Shown here piece by piece: positions 39,548 to 49,187 of a DNA stretch of 64,000 nt (within the stretch, counting starts at the first letter, position 1; every line of letters starts with the position of its first letter). This DNA comes from Candidatus Poribacteria bacterium. Lineage in GTDB: Bacteria > Poribacteria > WGA-4E > PCPOR2b. The notes beneath the pieces are model-generated. The model was given only the letters and a program-made list of their open reading frames with translations. It searched no databases and was not told the DNA's origin. The stretch lies in assembly GCA_965208325.1 (NCBI GenBank), contig OZ242326.1:1280001-1344000 (forward strand). The letters are read 5' to 3'. A program made the position numbers and the translations under genes.

Positions 39548-41629
39548 CTACTCTTCAGCCTCCGATTTGGCTTGGTCTATGATCTTTTGGGCTATCTCGT
39601 CGGGCGTCTCTTCGTAACGTGAAAATTCCATTGTGAAGCTACCCCGTGCACTCGTTATGGATTTCAGATCGATGGAATAGCGGAACATTTCCGCGAGGGG
39701 AACTTGCGCCTGAATGACCTGGCGCCTGCCCGACTGCTCCACGCCCATCACGCGGCCGCGCTTACTATTGAGATCGCCGATGACATCCCCCATGAATTGA
39801 TCGGGAACTGATATGGTCACGTCCATGATTGGTTCGAGCATCACTGGCCTTGCTTGGTTAGCTGCCTCTCTGAACGCGAACGATCCAGCGATTTGGAAGG
39901 CGAGGTCTGACGAATCAACTGGATGGTGTTTCCCGTCGAAGAGATCGACCTGGAAGTCAACCACGGGATACCCCGCTAGTATTCCCTGCGCCATGGATTC
40001 GCGTATGCCTTTTTCTACCGCAGGAATAAAATTTCTCGGAATGGATCCCCCCACGATGTTGTTGACAAATTCAAAACCGGCGCCTCGTTCGAGCGGTGCG
40101 ATATTTATCCAGACATCTCCAAATTGCCCGCGTCCGCCCGACTGGCGTTTGTAACGCCCCTGGACACTAGCTACTCGGCTCCGAATTGTCTCCTTATAAG
40201 GGACTTTGGGAACATCTACAGTGGTTTCAAGCCCGAATTTGTCCTTCATTCGAGCGCGGATGACACTAATATGTACCTCCCCTAATCCAGAGACTAGTAA
40301 CTGTTTGGTCGTTTCATTCCTCTCAATTTGAAACGCTGGATCTTCTTCTGACATACGGTTGAGTGTAGTTGTTAACTTCTCGTCATCTCCTTCGCGTGCA
40401 GGATGGATAGCAAAAGAAATAACAGATTTGGGAAATTCAATTCCGGGGAGTTGAATTGTTTGACCGACTTCGCAGAGCGTGTCGCCTGTCTGCGTCAGCG
40501 CGAGCTTTGGAACGGCGCCGAAATCGCCTGCGCCAATTTGTGCGGTGTTAGTCAGCTCCTTCCCATTCATATATGAAATTTTTCCGATTCGTTCGTTTTT
40601 GTCTTGTCCCACGTTGAATGCTTGAGAATCGCCCTTAAGAACTCCGGAATAGACTCGAAATAGGCTTAGACGTCCAGCAAATGGGTCAGCCAGTGTTTTG
40701 AAAACTACTACCGACATGGGCGAGTCGACGGAAGGTTCACGTTCCATCTCTCCGTCTATGCTTACCACCGGTTTTGCCTCGATTGGCGATGGGAAGCAGT
40801 TTATCAAAGTATCCATCAACGGTTGTATACCGATGTTGTTGATTGCGGAACCGCAGAGTACCGGGATGAATTGAGTAGCCCGAATTCCTGTACGCAATCC
40901 TGCGCGAATTTCTTCTTCAGTTAACTCACCTTCAAAGAACTTTTCAATGAGCGCATCATCGTTCTCCGCGGCGGCTTCAACAAGTTGTTCGCGAGACTCT
41001 TCCGCTTGCCCTTGTAGGTCTTCCGGAATTTCGGCTTTGGATACGATCTTGTTCCCGTCTGGTTTTGTGAACGCCCCCATTTTAACTAAATCCACGACAC
41101 CTGTGAAGTTATCTTCTTTGCCAATCGGCGCCTGGAGCGGAGTGGTGTTGGCTTCCAGTACCTCGCCGGTACTCGCCAAGGCGTTTTCAAAACTCGCGTT
41201 CTCCTTATCCATTTTATTGACAAAAACCAGCCTTGGTAGTTCGTATTTGTCCGCGATTTCCCATACTTTCTCAGTTCCACCTTCGACTCCGGTAGTTGCA
41301 TCGATCACCACGACCACGGCATCAACGATCCGAAGTACACTATTAAGATCGCCGTAAAAATCTTCTGCACCGGGGGTATCAAAGAGATTGAATTTGTGTC
41401 CTCTCCATTCGGCAATACACACAGAACAGTTAATTGTCGTTTTGCGTGCAATTTCGTCCGGGGCGTAATCGGCAACTGTATTTCCATCATCTACTTGCCC
41501 CATTCGCTCAACCGCGCCTCCGTTATAAAGAATTGCTTCAATTAGGGAAGTCTTCCCCGCGCCGGAGTGCGAAATAACCCCGATATTGCGAATCTGTTCT
41601 GTTTTGTATTCATTCATATTCTTGGACAT
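39548..41629 (-). CDS. fusA: Elongation factor G paralogue (EF-G2-like)
   Basis: Full EF-G architecture (QSGGRGQFG, HPVDSSD, LEP) with divergent G motifs SHSGAGKT, RKTTI and DTPGA; not in an rpsL-rpsG context. Confidence 0.9.
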   Translation of the reverse strand: MSKNMNEYKTEQIRNIGVISHSGAGKTSLIEAILYNGGAVERMGQVDDGNTVADYAPDEIARKTTINCSVCIAEWRGHKFNLFDTPGAEDFYGDLNSVLRIVDAVVVVIDATTGVEGGTEKVWEIADKYELPRLVFVNKMDKENASFENALASTGEVLEANTTPLQAPIGKEDNFTGVVDLVKMGAFTKPDGNKIVSKAEIPEDLQGQAEESREQLVEAAAENDDALIEKFFEGELTEEEIRAGLRTGIRATQFIPVLCGSAINNIGIQPLMDTLINCFPSPIEAKPVVSIDGEMEREPSVDSPMSVVVFKTLADPFAGRLSLFRVYSGVLKGDSQAFNVGQDKNERIGKISYMNGKELTNTAQIGAGDFGAVPKLALTQTGDTLCEVGQTIQLPGIEFPKSVISFAIHPAREGDDEKLTTTLNRMSEEDPAFQIERNETTKQLLVSGLGEVHISVIRARMKDKFGLETTVDVPKVPYKETIRSRVASVQGRYKRQSGGRGQFGDVWINIAPLERGAGFEFVNNIVGGSIPRNFIPAVEKGIRESMAQGILAGYPVVDFQVDLFDGKHHPVDSSDLAFQIAGSFAFREAANQARPVMLEPIMDVTISVPDQFMGDVIGDLNSKRGRVMGVEQSGRRQVIQAQVPLAEMFRYSIDLKSITSARGSFTMEFSRYEETPDEIAQKIIDQAKSEAEE

Positions 41630-41783
41630 ATCTCCTTATCAGTGGATTAACCTCACAGCGACGGATTTTAGCACACGACTATAATAATTGCAAGTAAAAA
41701 CCTCGGCTCTATAGTCAATCCGGCAGCGCCAATATAACTCGCTACGGTTGAGAATTCATGGGGGAAATTGTGGCGTAAGCGCC

Positions 41784-41846
41784 AAAAAAAAAGAGCACAG
41801 CAGGAGGAGGTCTACCTTATTGATTAAGACCAACTCCGCTGTGCTC
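41784..41846 (-). terminator. Long hairpin plus T9: terminator, or the 3' end of a small RNA, downstream of the TonB receptor
   Basis: GAGCACAGC-GGAG-GGTCT...AGACC-CTCC-GCTGTGCTC followed by T9 on the minus strand. Confidence 0.65.
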
Positions 41847-42092
41847 CCAATGAACACGCTAGCGGTAGTCAAAGATTATGCTACATCGAACCATAGGCGG
41901 TTGTCGATTGTCGCAGCCGCCACACGGTAAATGAGTTAACGCCAAGCACGTTGAAAATTAGATTGGAGTTATTTAACGAGATTGGGTTGAATCGAACCGA
42001 CGAGAGACACCGGATGCCACCGTTGAATTTCGCGGTTCGATTCCGCTTGGGGCCCACCAATAAAGTGACGCCCAACTACATTACAGACTACA

Positions 42093-44789
42093 TTAGAAAC
42101 TGTAACCGACTTTGGCATACCAATACGCACCGTTGAATCCGAACGGACTGAATTGACCGTATTGGTTACCGATATTTCCGGATTTCGGATTTTCGTCGGG
42201 ATACTCGTTGAGGAGGTTCTGGACACCGATAGTCAGGATTAAACCGGAAGCTGCTATGTAGCTTGATTCCACGTCGAAAAGCACTTTGCCGGTGTACGTC
42301 TCATCATCTTCAGAATCATACCAGTCTCCAAAATAACTGCCGCGGCCAAGCACGCTCCATTGGCTGGTTACGGATTGTGTTAAAGTAAGACTTGCGCGTT
42401 GTTTGGGGAGGTTCTCTTCCAGTTCTTTTATCCGAAGCTCATCAAGCGTCTTCGGGTTGAATTTGGTAACCTCCGTCACTGTTCGGTTATAAACGGCAGT
42501 GACATCACCTTTTGCCACTGGCACCGTGAGAACAACATCTACACCGTTGGTCGTTGTATCGAAGTCATTGGTAAAGAACCGAAACTCCTGTAGCCCGGCT
42601 GCACTAGTTACACCTTCCGCGAGCAACTGTGCCCTTTGTTCATCAGTTAGTAGGTTATCTTTGGACAAGGCTAGGCGATCCGTCATCCGAATATCAAACA
42701 GGTCTACGGTGAGATTTATGTCCCTAACCTCAAACGTGAAACCACCGGTGAAATTCTTTGACTTTTCCGGATCAAGCGAGTTGTCTTCCTCCCCAGTTAC
42801 GACTGCAACAGCAGGGTTGGTTGAAGGGATAGTGCCGTTATTGACCAAATCGTTCTTTTCAAAATTAAACTCGGTCGTAATGTTGAAGGCGTTCTGTTGC
42901 CCAGGCGTCGGCGCCCTAAATCCGGTGCTGTAACTGCCGCGGAATTTCAGAACCATCTCGTCATTGGCGAGCATACCAGCGTCTTCAAGGAAATCCGTAA
43001 TGCCGATATTGGTGGCAACTTTGTAATTGAGCGTCTGTCCAAAGTCTTCAAAATCTTCACCGCGCACTGCAAGGCCGACCAACCAGTGCTTATGCGGCCT
43101 GACTTCGCTTTCCAGATAGGCGGCGTAGTTGGCGCGGTCCCATTCGCCCGCGGCAATTTGGCTGAATCCGGAAAACCCGTTAGTGGCGGGCTGGTAACCC
43201 TGGCCCGTCAAAGGACCGATTTGATACGATTCTCTTTGACCTTCTACAATCTCAAAGCCTTCGTTTCGATATTCTAAACCGGAGGCGAGGAACAGCCGCT
43301 CACTGAGTTCGTGCGTCACATCGAAGTTGAGGTTATAGTCGGTCTGGATGTAGTCACCCGGATCAAATTCCGTGGGCGTCGCCGGACCGAGAGAGGCATT
43401 CACGGTATTGAAGATAAAGAAATCGGCATGATGCCGTCCAAAGTAGCCGCTCAAATCCCAACCCAGTCCTGAGTTTAACACAGACTCCAGCGCGGTGCCT
43501 TGAACCCCAACGAGAACGGAACTATCCACTGTATTTGCCCCGAATCTCGGTGTGAATCCTCCCGGAAACCACTCTCTGTACGAGAACAAATTCGGGTCAT
43601 CAACGACTTCTTGCCACTGCGCTGGATCTGCCGGGACGCCATTTGCAATTGCTGTACGCTCTTCTGCGTTGGTAGCAACGGTTTTACCGGTCTCAGGGTG
43701 AGCTAACAGTATGTCGTCATCCTCTTTCGCCGTTCCTTCCGGCAAACCTTCCAAATTCGCAACGAGCAAGTAAAATTCGTCCGGATCTCCGTCCTCGTTT
43801 GTGTCGACGTTGCGGCCAAACACTCCACTGCGTGTGTTAGGATTTCGGAAATAGAACCCGCCTTCCACGCTTTTGCTGGCGTAGTTTGCGTGCCCGTAGA
43901 ACTTGATGTTATCCGTAAGGGTGCTTCCATAGTTGGCGAAGAATTTGATATCATCCTCCACTATGGGTTGGCCCCAAATTTGGGCGGGATCCCTCACGCT
44001 GAAATTACCAGCAGAAACAAGTGCTTTGGCATCATCGCGTTGTACCGAGCGGATAGTCGGGTCTGAACCACCATATTCTAAGCTGAGGTTTGCCCAAGTA
44101 TCCTCGCTCCCCAGACCGATATTGCCGGCGACTGCGTATTGGCGGCCATCCCCATACCGATAAATGCCCGGCTTGAATTCAAAAGAACCGCCCTGATGGC
44201 TGTCCTTGAGTTGGAAATTCATCACACCTGCGATGGCATCGGATCCGTATTGCGCGGAGGCGCCATCTCGAAGTACCTCTACCTGTCTCAGCGCAATCGC
44301 CGGGATAGCAGACAGGTCAGGTCCTTGCGCGCCATCGGCCAACCCGTTTCCTAACCAGTGAATCACAGCCGCGCGATGACGCCGTTTATTGTTGACCAAC
44401 ACCAAGGTGTGGTCGGGCGCCAATCCTCGTAAATTCGCAGGCCGAACCACCGTCCCTGCGTCGCTAATCGGTTGAATGTTGACGTTGAATGAAGGCACCA
44501 AGTTTCTAAACATGTCTTGTAAATCAGTGATGCCTTGCTTAGCGAGATCATCGCCACGAATGGTGTCAATCGGTACAGCAGATTCAATGACGGAACGGGG
44601 ACGCGCCCTTGACCCGACGACTACCTGTTCTTCGAGCTCAATGACCGCTGCGCCTGATTCCATATCTGATGACATGTCATCTTCAGTTGAGTCTTCCTGT
44701 GCTAGGGACACCGGTAATCCGCTCACCAAAAGCAGTGCCGCAATCCCTAAGGCTATGGTAAAGGTTCTAAAACTCAGCTCTTGTTTCAT
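42093..44789 (-). CDS. TonB-dependent outer-membrane receptor
   Basis: Signal peptide, EQVVVGSR TonB box, plug motifs LRGL..TLVLVN and VEVLRDGASAQYGSDAIAGV, C-terminal Phe; SD AAGGAGG. Confidence 0.93.
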   Translation of the reverse strand: MKQELSFRTFTIALGIAALLLVSGLPVSLAQEDSTEDDMSSDMESGAAVIELEEQVVVGSRARPRSVIESAVPIDTIRGDDLAKQGITDLQDMFRNLVPSFNVNIQPISDAGTVVRPANLRGLAPDHTLVLVNNKRRHRAAVIHWLGNGLADGAQGPDLSAIPAIALRQVEVLRDGASAQYGSDAIAGVMNFQLKDSHQGGSFEFKPGIYRYGDGRQYAVAGNIGLGSEDTWANLSLEYGGSDPTIRSVQRDDAKALVSAGNFSVRDPAQIWGQPIVEDDIKFFANYGSTLTDNIKFYGHANYASKSVEGGFYFRNPNTRSGVFGRNVDTNEDGDPDEFYLLVANLEGLPEGTAKEDDDILLAHPETGKTVATNAEERTAIANGVPADPAQWQEVVDDPNLFSYREWFPGGFTPRFGANTVDSSVLVGVQGTALESVLNSGLGWDLSGYFGRHHADFFIFNTVNASLGPATPTEFDPGDYIQTDYNLNFDVTHELSERLFLASGLEYRNEGFEIVEGQRESYQIGPLTGQGYQPATNGFSGFSQIAAGEWDRANYAAYLESEVRPHKHWLVGLAVRGEDFEDFGQTLNYKVATNIGITDFLEDAGMLANDEMVLKFRGSYSTGFRAPTPGQQNAFNITTEFNFEKNDLVNNGTIPSTNPAVAVVTGEEDNSLDPEKSKNFTGGFTFEVRDINLTVDLFDIRMTDRLALSKDNLLTDEQRAQLLAEGVTSAAGLQEFRFFTNDFDTTTNGVDVVLTVPVAKGDVTAVYNRTVTEVTKFNPKTLDELRIKELEENLPKQRASLTLTQSVTSQWSVLGRGSYFGDWYDSEDDETYTGKVLFDVESSYIAASGLILTIGVQNLLNEYPDENPKSGNIGNQYGQFSPFGFNGAYWYAKVGYSF

Positions 44790-44903
44790 GATAAGGGAAA
44801 TCCTCCTTACGTTTAGAAGCGTGTTTCCGTTTAAGTGAAAATGCGGCCGCCACCTCGGCGACCTTGAGTTATCCGTATCAGTGTTGACGAAACTCTCCTG
44901 CGG

Positions 44904-44932
44904 ATTATAAGAAAACTATGCCATATGGTCAA
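44904..44932 (-). promoter_or_regulatory. Sigma70-type promoter of the TonB receptor
   Basis: TTGACC-17nt-TATAAT on the minus strand. Confidence 0.65.
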
Positions 44933-45087
44933 TTGTATTCATCCAAGAGTCGAATCAAAAAATTTTGGACTTTTCTCATTGGAATCACCAACAATTGTAG
45001 CATATAAATAAACTACATTTAACAAAAATGTAAACCGTAAATTCGGTATCTGGAAAAAAGACGTGGGCAAACGCCCTAGCTGTCGGT

Positions 45088-45906
45088 TCATTTTGCTTTG
45101 AGCGTGCCCCATGTTACGGCGAGTTTACCATTCGGAGAAACGGCAAGCACATCGCCTAATCCGCTCTCAAAAATAGTCTCGATTTCATCGGCAGTTAAGG
45201 CGACACTAAAGACCACAAGTTGGTCAATGTCGCCGTTGAAGAATTCAGTCGGACCGTTATCTATTCTAGCACCGATACCTAATGTGTCAACCGTTGTATT
45301 CTCATTATGCAATCTAGACCAATACTTGAAGGGGCCGTCAATCTTTGAACTCGCTTTTTCTTCACCGTTTGCGTAAAGCCTTACTTCGTCCTTCCAGTCG
45401 ACGGAGAATGCGACATGAATCCAATCGCCCAACGGCACATCATCAACGGGGATTAACAAACATCCCGCGGGGTTGACATCGCAGTTGGGGACGTTACGCT
45501 CCATCCTCAATTCAAGTCCTCCGTTACCTGCGAGTTCGCCGAGAAAGTATCCGCCCCATCGCCAGCAATTATAGATTCGCTGCCATCCCGACCGCACTTT
45601 AACCCTAACCCACACGGAGACGGAAAAATTTTGCGGATCATTGAATTTGAACGGCTCGGGATCGACTTTCATAAAACTTTTGCCGTCAAAACTCATGGCT
45701 TTTTTGAATTTGCCGTCTACCAATTTCGGGTCGCCATTAAGTTCACCGTTATGCCCGCCCACGGAGTCTTGCGCGCCGTCGCCCTGATCGAAATCCCACC
45801 GAGAAACAACGTCATCTAATGCAATCTGAGAATACGAGAGAACGCTGAACATCAGTCCCATGAAGATTATGCTAGATACGCAGAATCCTTTCGAGGTTGT
45901 TTTCAT
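45088..45906 (-). CDS. Secreted LamG/concanavalin-like domain protein with a conserved C-terminal tail
   Basis: Signal peptide, W.FD, GKFKKAMSFDG, FSVSVW, WIHVA, FNGDID; ends AVSPNGKLAVTWGTLKAK. Confidence 0.85.
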   Translation of the reverse strand: MKTTSKGFCVSSIIFMGLMFSVLSYSQIALDDVVSRWDFDQGDGAQDSVGGHNGELNGDPKLVDGKFKKAMSFDGKSFMKVDPEPFKFNDPQNFSVSVWVRVKVRSGWQRIYNCWRWGGYFLGELAGNGGLELRMERNVPNCDVNPAGCLLIPVDDVPLGDWIHVAFSVDWKDEVRLYANGEEKASSKIDGPFKYWSRLHNENTTVDTLGIGARIDNGPTEFFNGDIDQLVVFSVALTADEIETIFESGLGDVLAVSPNGKLAVTWGTLKAK

Positions 45907-46357
45907 TTCGATATGTCTCCACATTTGCCCGTAAACCGTGAGATTTGAATGCGCAATTTCAATATAGACCAGTCTTGATGAATTTGTCAATCATTATAAC
46001 ACATATTGAAAAAAAAGCAAATATAAGGTATCGGGTTTCCAATTAAAATGTACCTAGCGGGCAGTCACATATAATTAGAAAACCTGACAGCCCATTTTCA
46101 CCGCTGTCTGATTTGTTACTTCTAGCGGATGCGGGTAGCCGCACCAAGGTAACTGCCGCGAACCAACTTTCTCTTCCTATTTCACTGTAAATTGTATCAA
46201 AGTCTTCCATAAAGATCTCCCATTGCAATTCAGCAACATTTTCCACAAATGAATTGCCTTAATGCTCCGTTTTGGTTATAATCTGATAAATCCATTATTA
46301 CAAAGTGGACTCATCGCAGAATACAACACAACTTCTTACTTAATTTGGAGCCGAAAA

Positions 46358-47056
46358 ATGGAATCTACACACGATGGGGGTCGAAATACGGACTTCGCCG
46401 ATGATGAACACCCGCTGGACGAGCTTTATAAGTATGACCCGCACGTATTGAAAACATCGCAACTTATCGCGCTTATCATTCGTACAGGAACAAATGACGC
46501 TTCGGCAGTTCAACTTGCTGAACAGTTGCTGGAGAAGTACAACGGCAACCTGAAAGACATGGCTATGGCTAACGTGGAAGAAATCAAAAAGGGTATCATA
46601 GGTTTAGGAAAGACTAAAGCCGCTCACATTGTCGCTGCACTCGAACTAGGTAGGCGTTTGGCTAAATATCTGGAAGAAAAGCCGCAAATTTCCGCTCCCG
46701 CAGACGTTGCACGAATCTTAATGCCGTCTCTACGCGATCTCAAGCAAGAAGTGTTGCATGTGCTCTGTCTTGATACGAAAAACAACGTGACCAACCAACG
46801 TCAAATTTTTGAAGGCAGCTTAAACGTAAACATCATTCACCCTCGCGAAGTGTTTCGCTTCGCAATTGAGGAGGCATCCGCATCAATAATCCTTGTTCAC
46901 AATCATCCATCGGGCGATCCATCGCCAAGCAAAGAAGACATTCGAGCGACAAAACAGTTAATCGAAGCCGGGAATTGCATTCAGATCCCGGTGCTGGATC
47001 ATATAATCATCGGGGATGGCAGCTACGTTAGCCTAAAGGAGGAAGGATTGATTTGA
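46358..47056 (+). CDS. radC: RadC/JAB-domain (UPF0758) protein
   Basis: HhH GLGKTKA, HPREVF and HNHPSGDPSPSKED JAMM motif. Confidence 0.9.
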   Translation: MESTHDGGRNTDFADDEHPLDELYKYDPHVLKTSQLIALIIRTGTNDASAVQLAEQLLEKYNGNLKDMAMANVEEIKKGIIGLGKTKAAHIVAALELGRRLAKYLEEKPQISAPADVARILMPSLRDLKQEVLHVLCLDTKNNVTNQRQIFEGSLNVNIIHPREVFRFAIEEASASIILVHNHPSGDPSPSKEDIRATKQLIEAGNCIQIPVLDHIIIGDGSYVSLKEEGLI

Positions 47057-47177
47057 ACCATCCAATGCAGTGCGGTTTTTGACACGCCTATTTATGCTGC
47101 ACGCTTTCGCGCGACATCGACAAATGGGAATGTAATTTACCTCTGTGCATCGCGTAAAACCGTAATGGTCCAAACCC

Positions 47178-48857
47178 TTATCCGGTCACCGCTCCATTTG
47201 AAGCTGAAGATACGAGTTTCGCGTATTTTGCCATAACGCCGCGGTTATAGCGTGAAGTTGGTAAGTTCCAGGAGCTAAGCCGCTCTTGGATTTCGTCATC
47301 TGAGAGTACGACATCGAGACGGCGGCTTTCTACATCAATAGAAACGACATCGCCGTCGCAAAGCACAGCAATGGGTCCTCCGCGCGCGGCTTCTGGGGCA
47401 ACGTGTCCTATCATTAGACCGTGCGTAGCTCCTGAAAACCTTCCATCTGTTAAGAGCGCAACCGAATCGCCAAGTCCGGCGCCAACGATTGCCGCAGTCA
47501 CACCGAGCATTTCCCGCATTCCAGGTCCGCCTGCGGGGCCTTCGTAGCGGATGACTATTACATCTCCCGGGTTGATTTCGCCGCCCTTAATCTGTGCAAA
47601 CGCAGTTTCTTCGCAGTCAAACACTCGCACGGGTCCTGTGTGCGTCAGCCGCTCATTTCCCGCAACTTTGAGGACACTCCCGTCCGGTGCTAAATTTCCC
47701 TTGAGCACGACAAGCCCTCCCGTTGCCTTAATGGGCGCTGAAATAGGGCGTACAACTTCCTGTCCTGCAGCTTCATCTGCGGTAGACGCCTCTTCGCCGA
47801 TGGTTTTTCCAGTCACGGTCAATTCGTCCGCATGGAGGAGTCCTGCATCGAGCAGCCGTTTGGCTACGAGTTGGATACCTCCGGCGAAATGGAGATCCGC
47901 CGCGACAAAACGCCCGCCCGGCTGAAGATCTGCATAGAGCGGGGTGCGTAGATTTATCTCTTGAAAATCATCAAGCGATAATGGAATATTGGCTTCGTGC
48001 GCGATAGCGAGTAAGTGAAGAACACCATTGGTGGATCCGCCTGTCGTCGCAATTGAGGCAATGGCGTTTTCAATTGACCGCCGTGTGATGATTTGATTAG
48101 GCCTTATATCGTTGGCTAACATTTCCATCACCAACTGACCTGCTTGAAAAGCGACCTTATCTTTATTAGCATCTACCGCCGGGACACTCCCGCTTCCCAT
48201 CGGCGCCATACCTAAAATCTCAATAGCTGTTGCCATGGTATTTGCGGTGTATTGCCCCCCGCATGCACCGGGGCCTGGGCATCCTTTACTCGTAAGTTCA
48301 TCGAGTTCGTCAATCGTAATCTTGCCGACTGCATAAGTACCGACTGCCTCGAAGACATCCTTGATGGTGACATCTCGGTCCTGAAACCGACCCGGCATGA
48401 TTGAACCGCCGTAAAGCATCAGCGACGGAATGTCAAGACGAGCGAGCGCCATGGTTGTACCGGGAACAGTTTTGTCGCAACCCGAAAGGGCAACCACCGC
48501 GTCGAACATATTCCCCCGAGCGACGAGTTCAATCGAGTCAGCAATAATTTCGCGGCTGATGAGCGAAGTTTTCATCCCCTCAGTTCCCATCGTAATTCCG
48601 TCAGAAATACTTACCGTATTGAACTCAAGCGGCGTTCCACCGGCTGTGCGAATCCCTGCTTTGACTTTTGCCGCGAGCCGGCGGAGGTGATAGTTGCACG
48701 GCCCGATTTCAATCCATGTATTGGCAACACCGACAAGCGGCCGGCCCAAATCCTCAAGCGATAGTCCTCCGTCGCTAAACATGAGCATCGCTCGAGCCGC
48801 CGCACGATCTGGACCATCTGTGATGGCGTAGCTTCGGGGTTTAAGCTTGTTTGCCAT
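47178..48857 (-). CDS. ilvD: Dihydroxy-acid dehydratase
   Basis: [51 protein letters not shown]. Confidence 0.95.
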   Translation of the reverse strand: MANKLKPRSYAITDGPDRAAARAMLMFSDGGLSLEDLGRPLVGVANTWIEIGPCNYHLRRLAAKVKAGIRTAGGTPLEFNTVSISDGITMGTEGMKTSLISREIIADSIELVARGNMFDAVVALSGCDKTVPGTTMALARLDIPSLMLYGGSIMPGRFQDRDVTIKDVFEAVGTYAVGKITIDELDELTSKGCPGPGACGGQYTANTMATAIEILGMAPMGSGSVPAVDANKDKVAFQAGQLVMEMLANDIRPNQIITRRSIENAIASIATTGGSTNGVLHLLAIAHEANIPLSLDDFQEINLRTPLYADLQPGGRFVAADLHFAGGIQLVAKRLLDAGLLHADELTVTGKTIGEEASTADEAAGQEVVRPISAPIKATGGLVVLKGNLAPDGSVLKVAGNERLTHTGPVRVFDCEETAFAQIKGGEINPGDVIVIRYEGPAGGPGMREMLGVTAAIVGAGLGDSVALLTDGRFSGATHGLMIGHVAPEAARGGPIAVLCDGDVVSIDVESRRLDVVLSDDEIQERLSSWNLPTSRYNRGVMAKYAKLVSSASNGAVTG

Positions 48858-49187
48858 GCCTAAAATTTCCTCCATACTGTCTGTAAAAGTCGATCAATCA
48901 TAACAAATCTTTACGAATTTGCCTGTATCGACAATAACCAACGGACCAGCCGATTTTCCTAGACCCATTGACCGTTCCTGTCCGTTGACATCGTATCTGA
49001 ACTGCAATGAATCTTAAGCGCACGGGCACCAGTGGTATGCGTCCCTAGTAGCATGAGACTGGCAGGCAACACGGCGTGTTGCGGCGAATTTTGAGCCAAT
49101 GGCTTCACGTCCATGTCACTCGGCAAGCTCCACACTTAAGCGCTATGAAATACCGCACGCTTGGACTTTGAATGAAAACCACGTGGT

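Noticed and set aside
42031..42059. Intact tRNA or tmRNA gene
   Set aside because: Only a T-arm/CCA-like piece is present; no acceptor 5' strand, D-arm or anticodon arm could be paired.
46358..47056. radC as a marker of a mobile element
   Set aside because: It is the full-length chromosomal type with an HhH region, and no integrase or transposase is nearby.
48860..49185. ilvD attenuator leader peptide
   Set aside because: No short ORF convincingly enriched in Ile/Leu/Val codons, and no terminator with a U-run.
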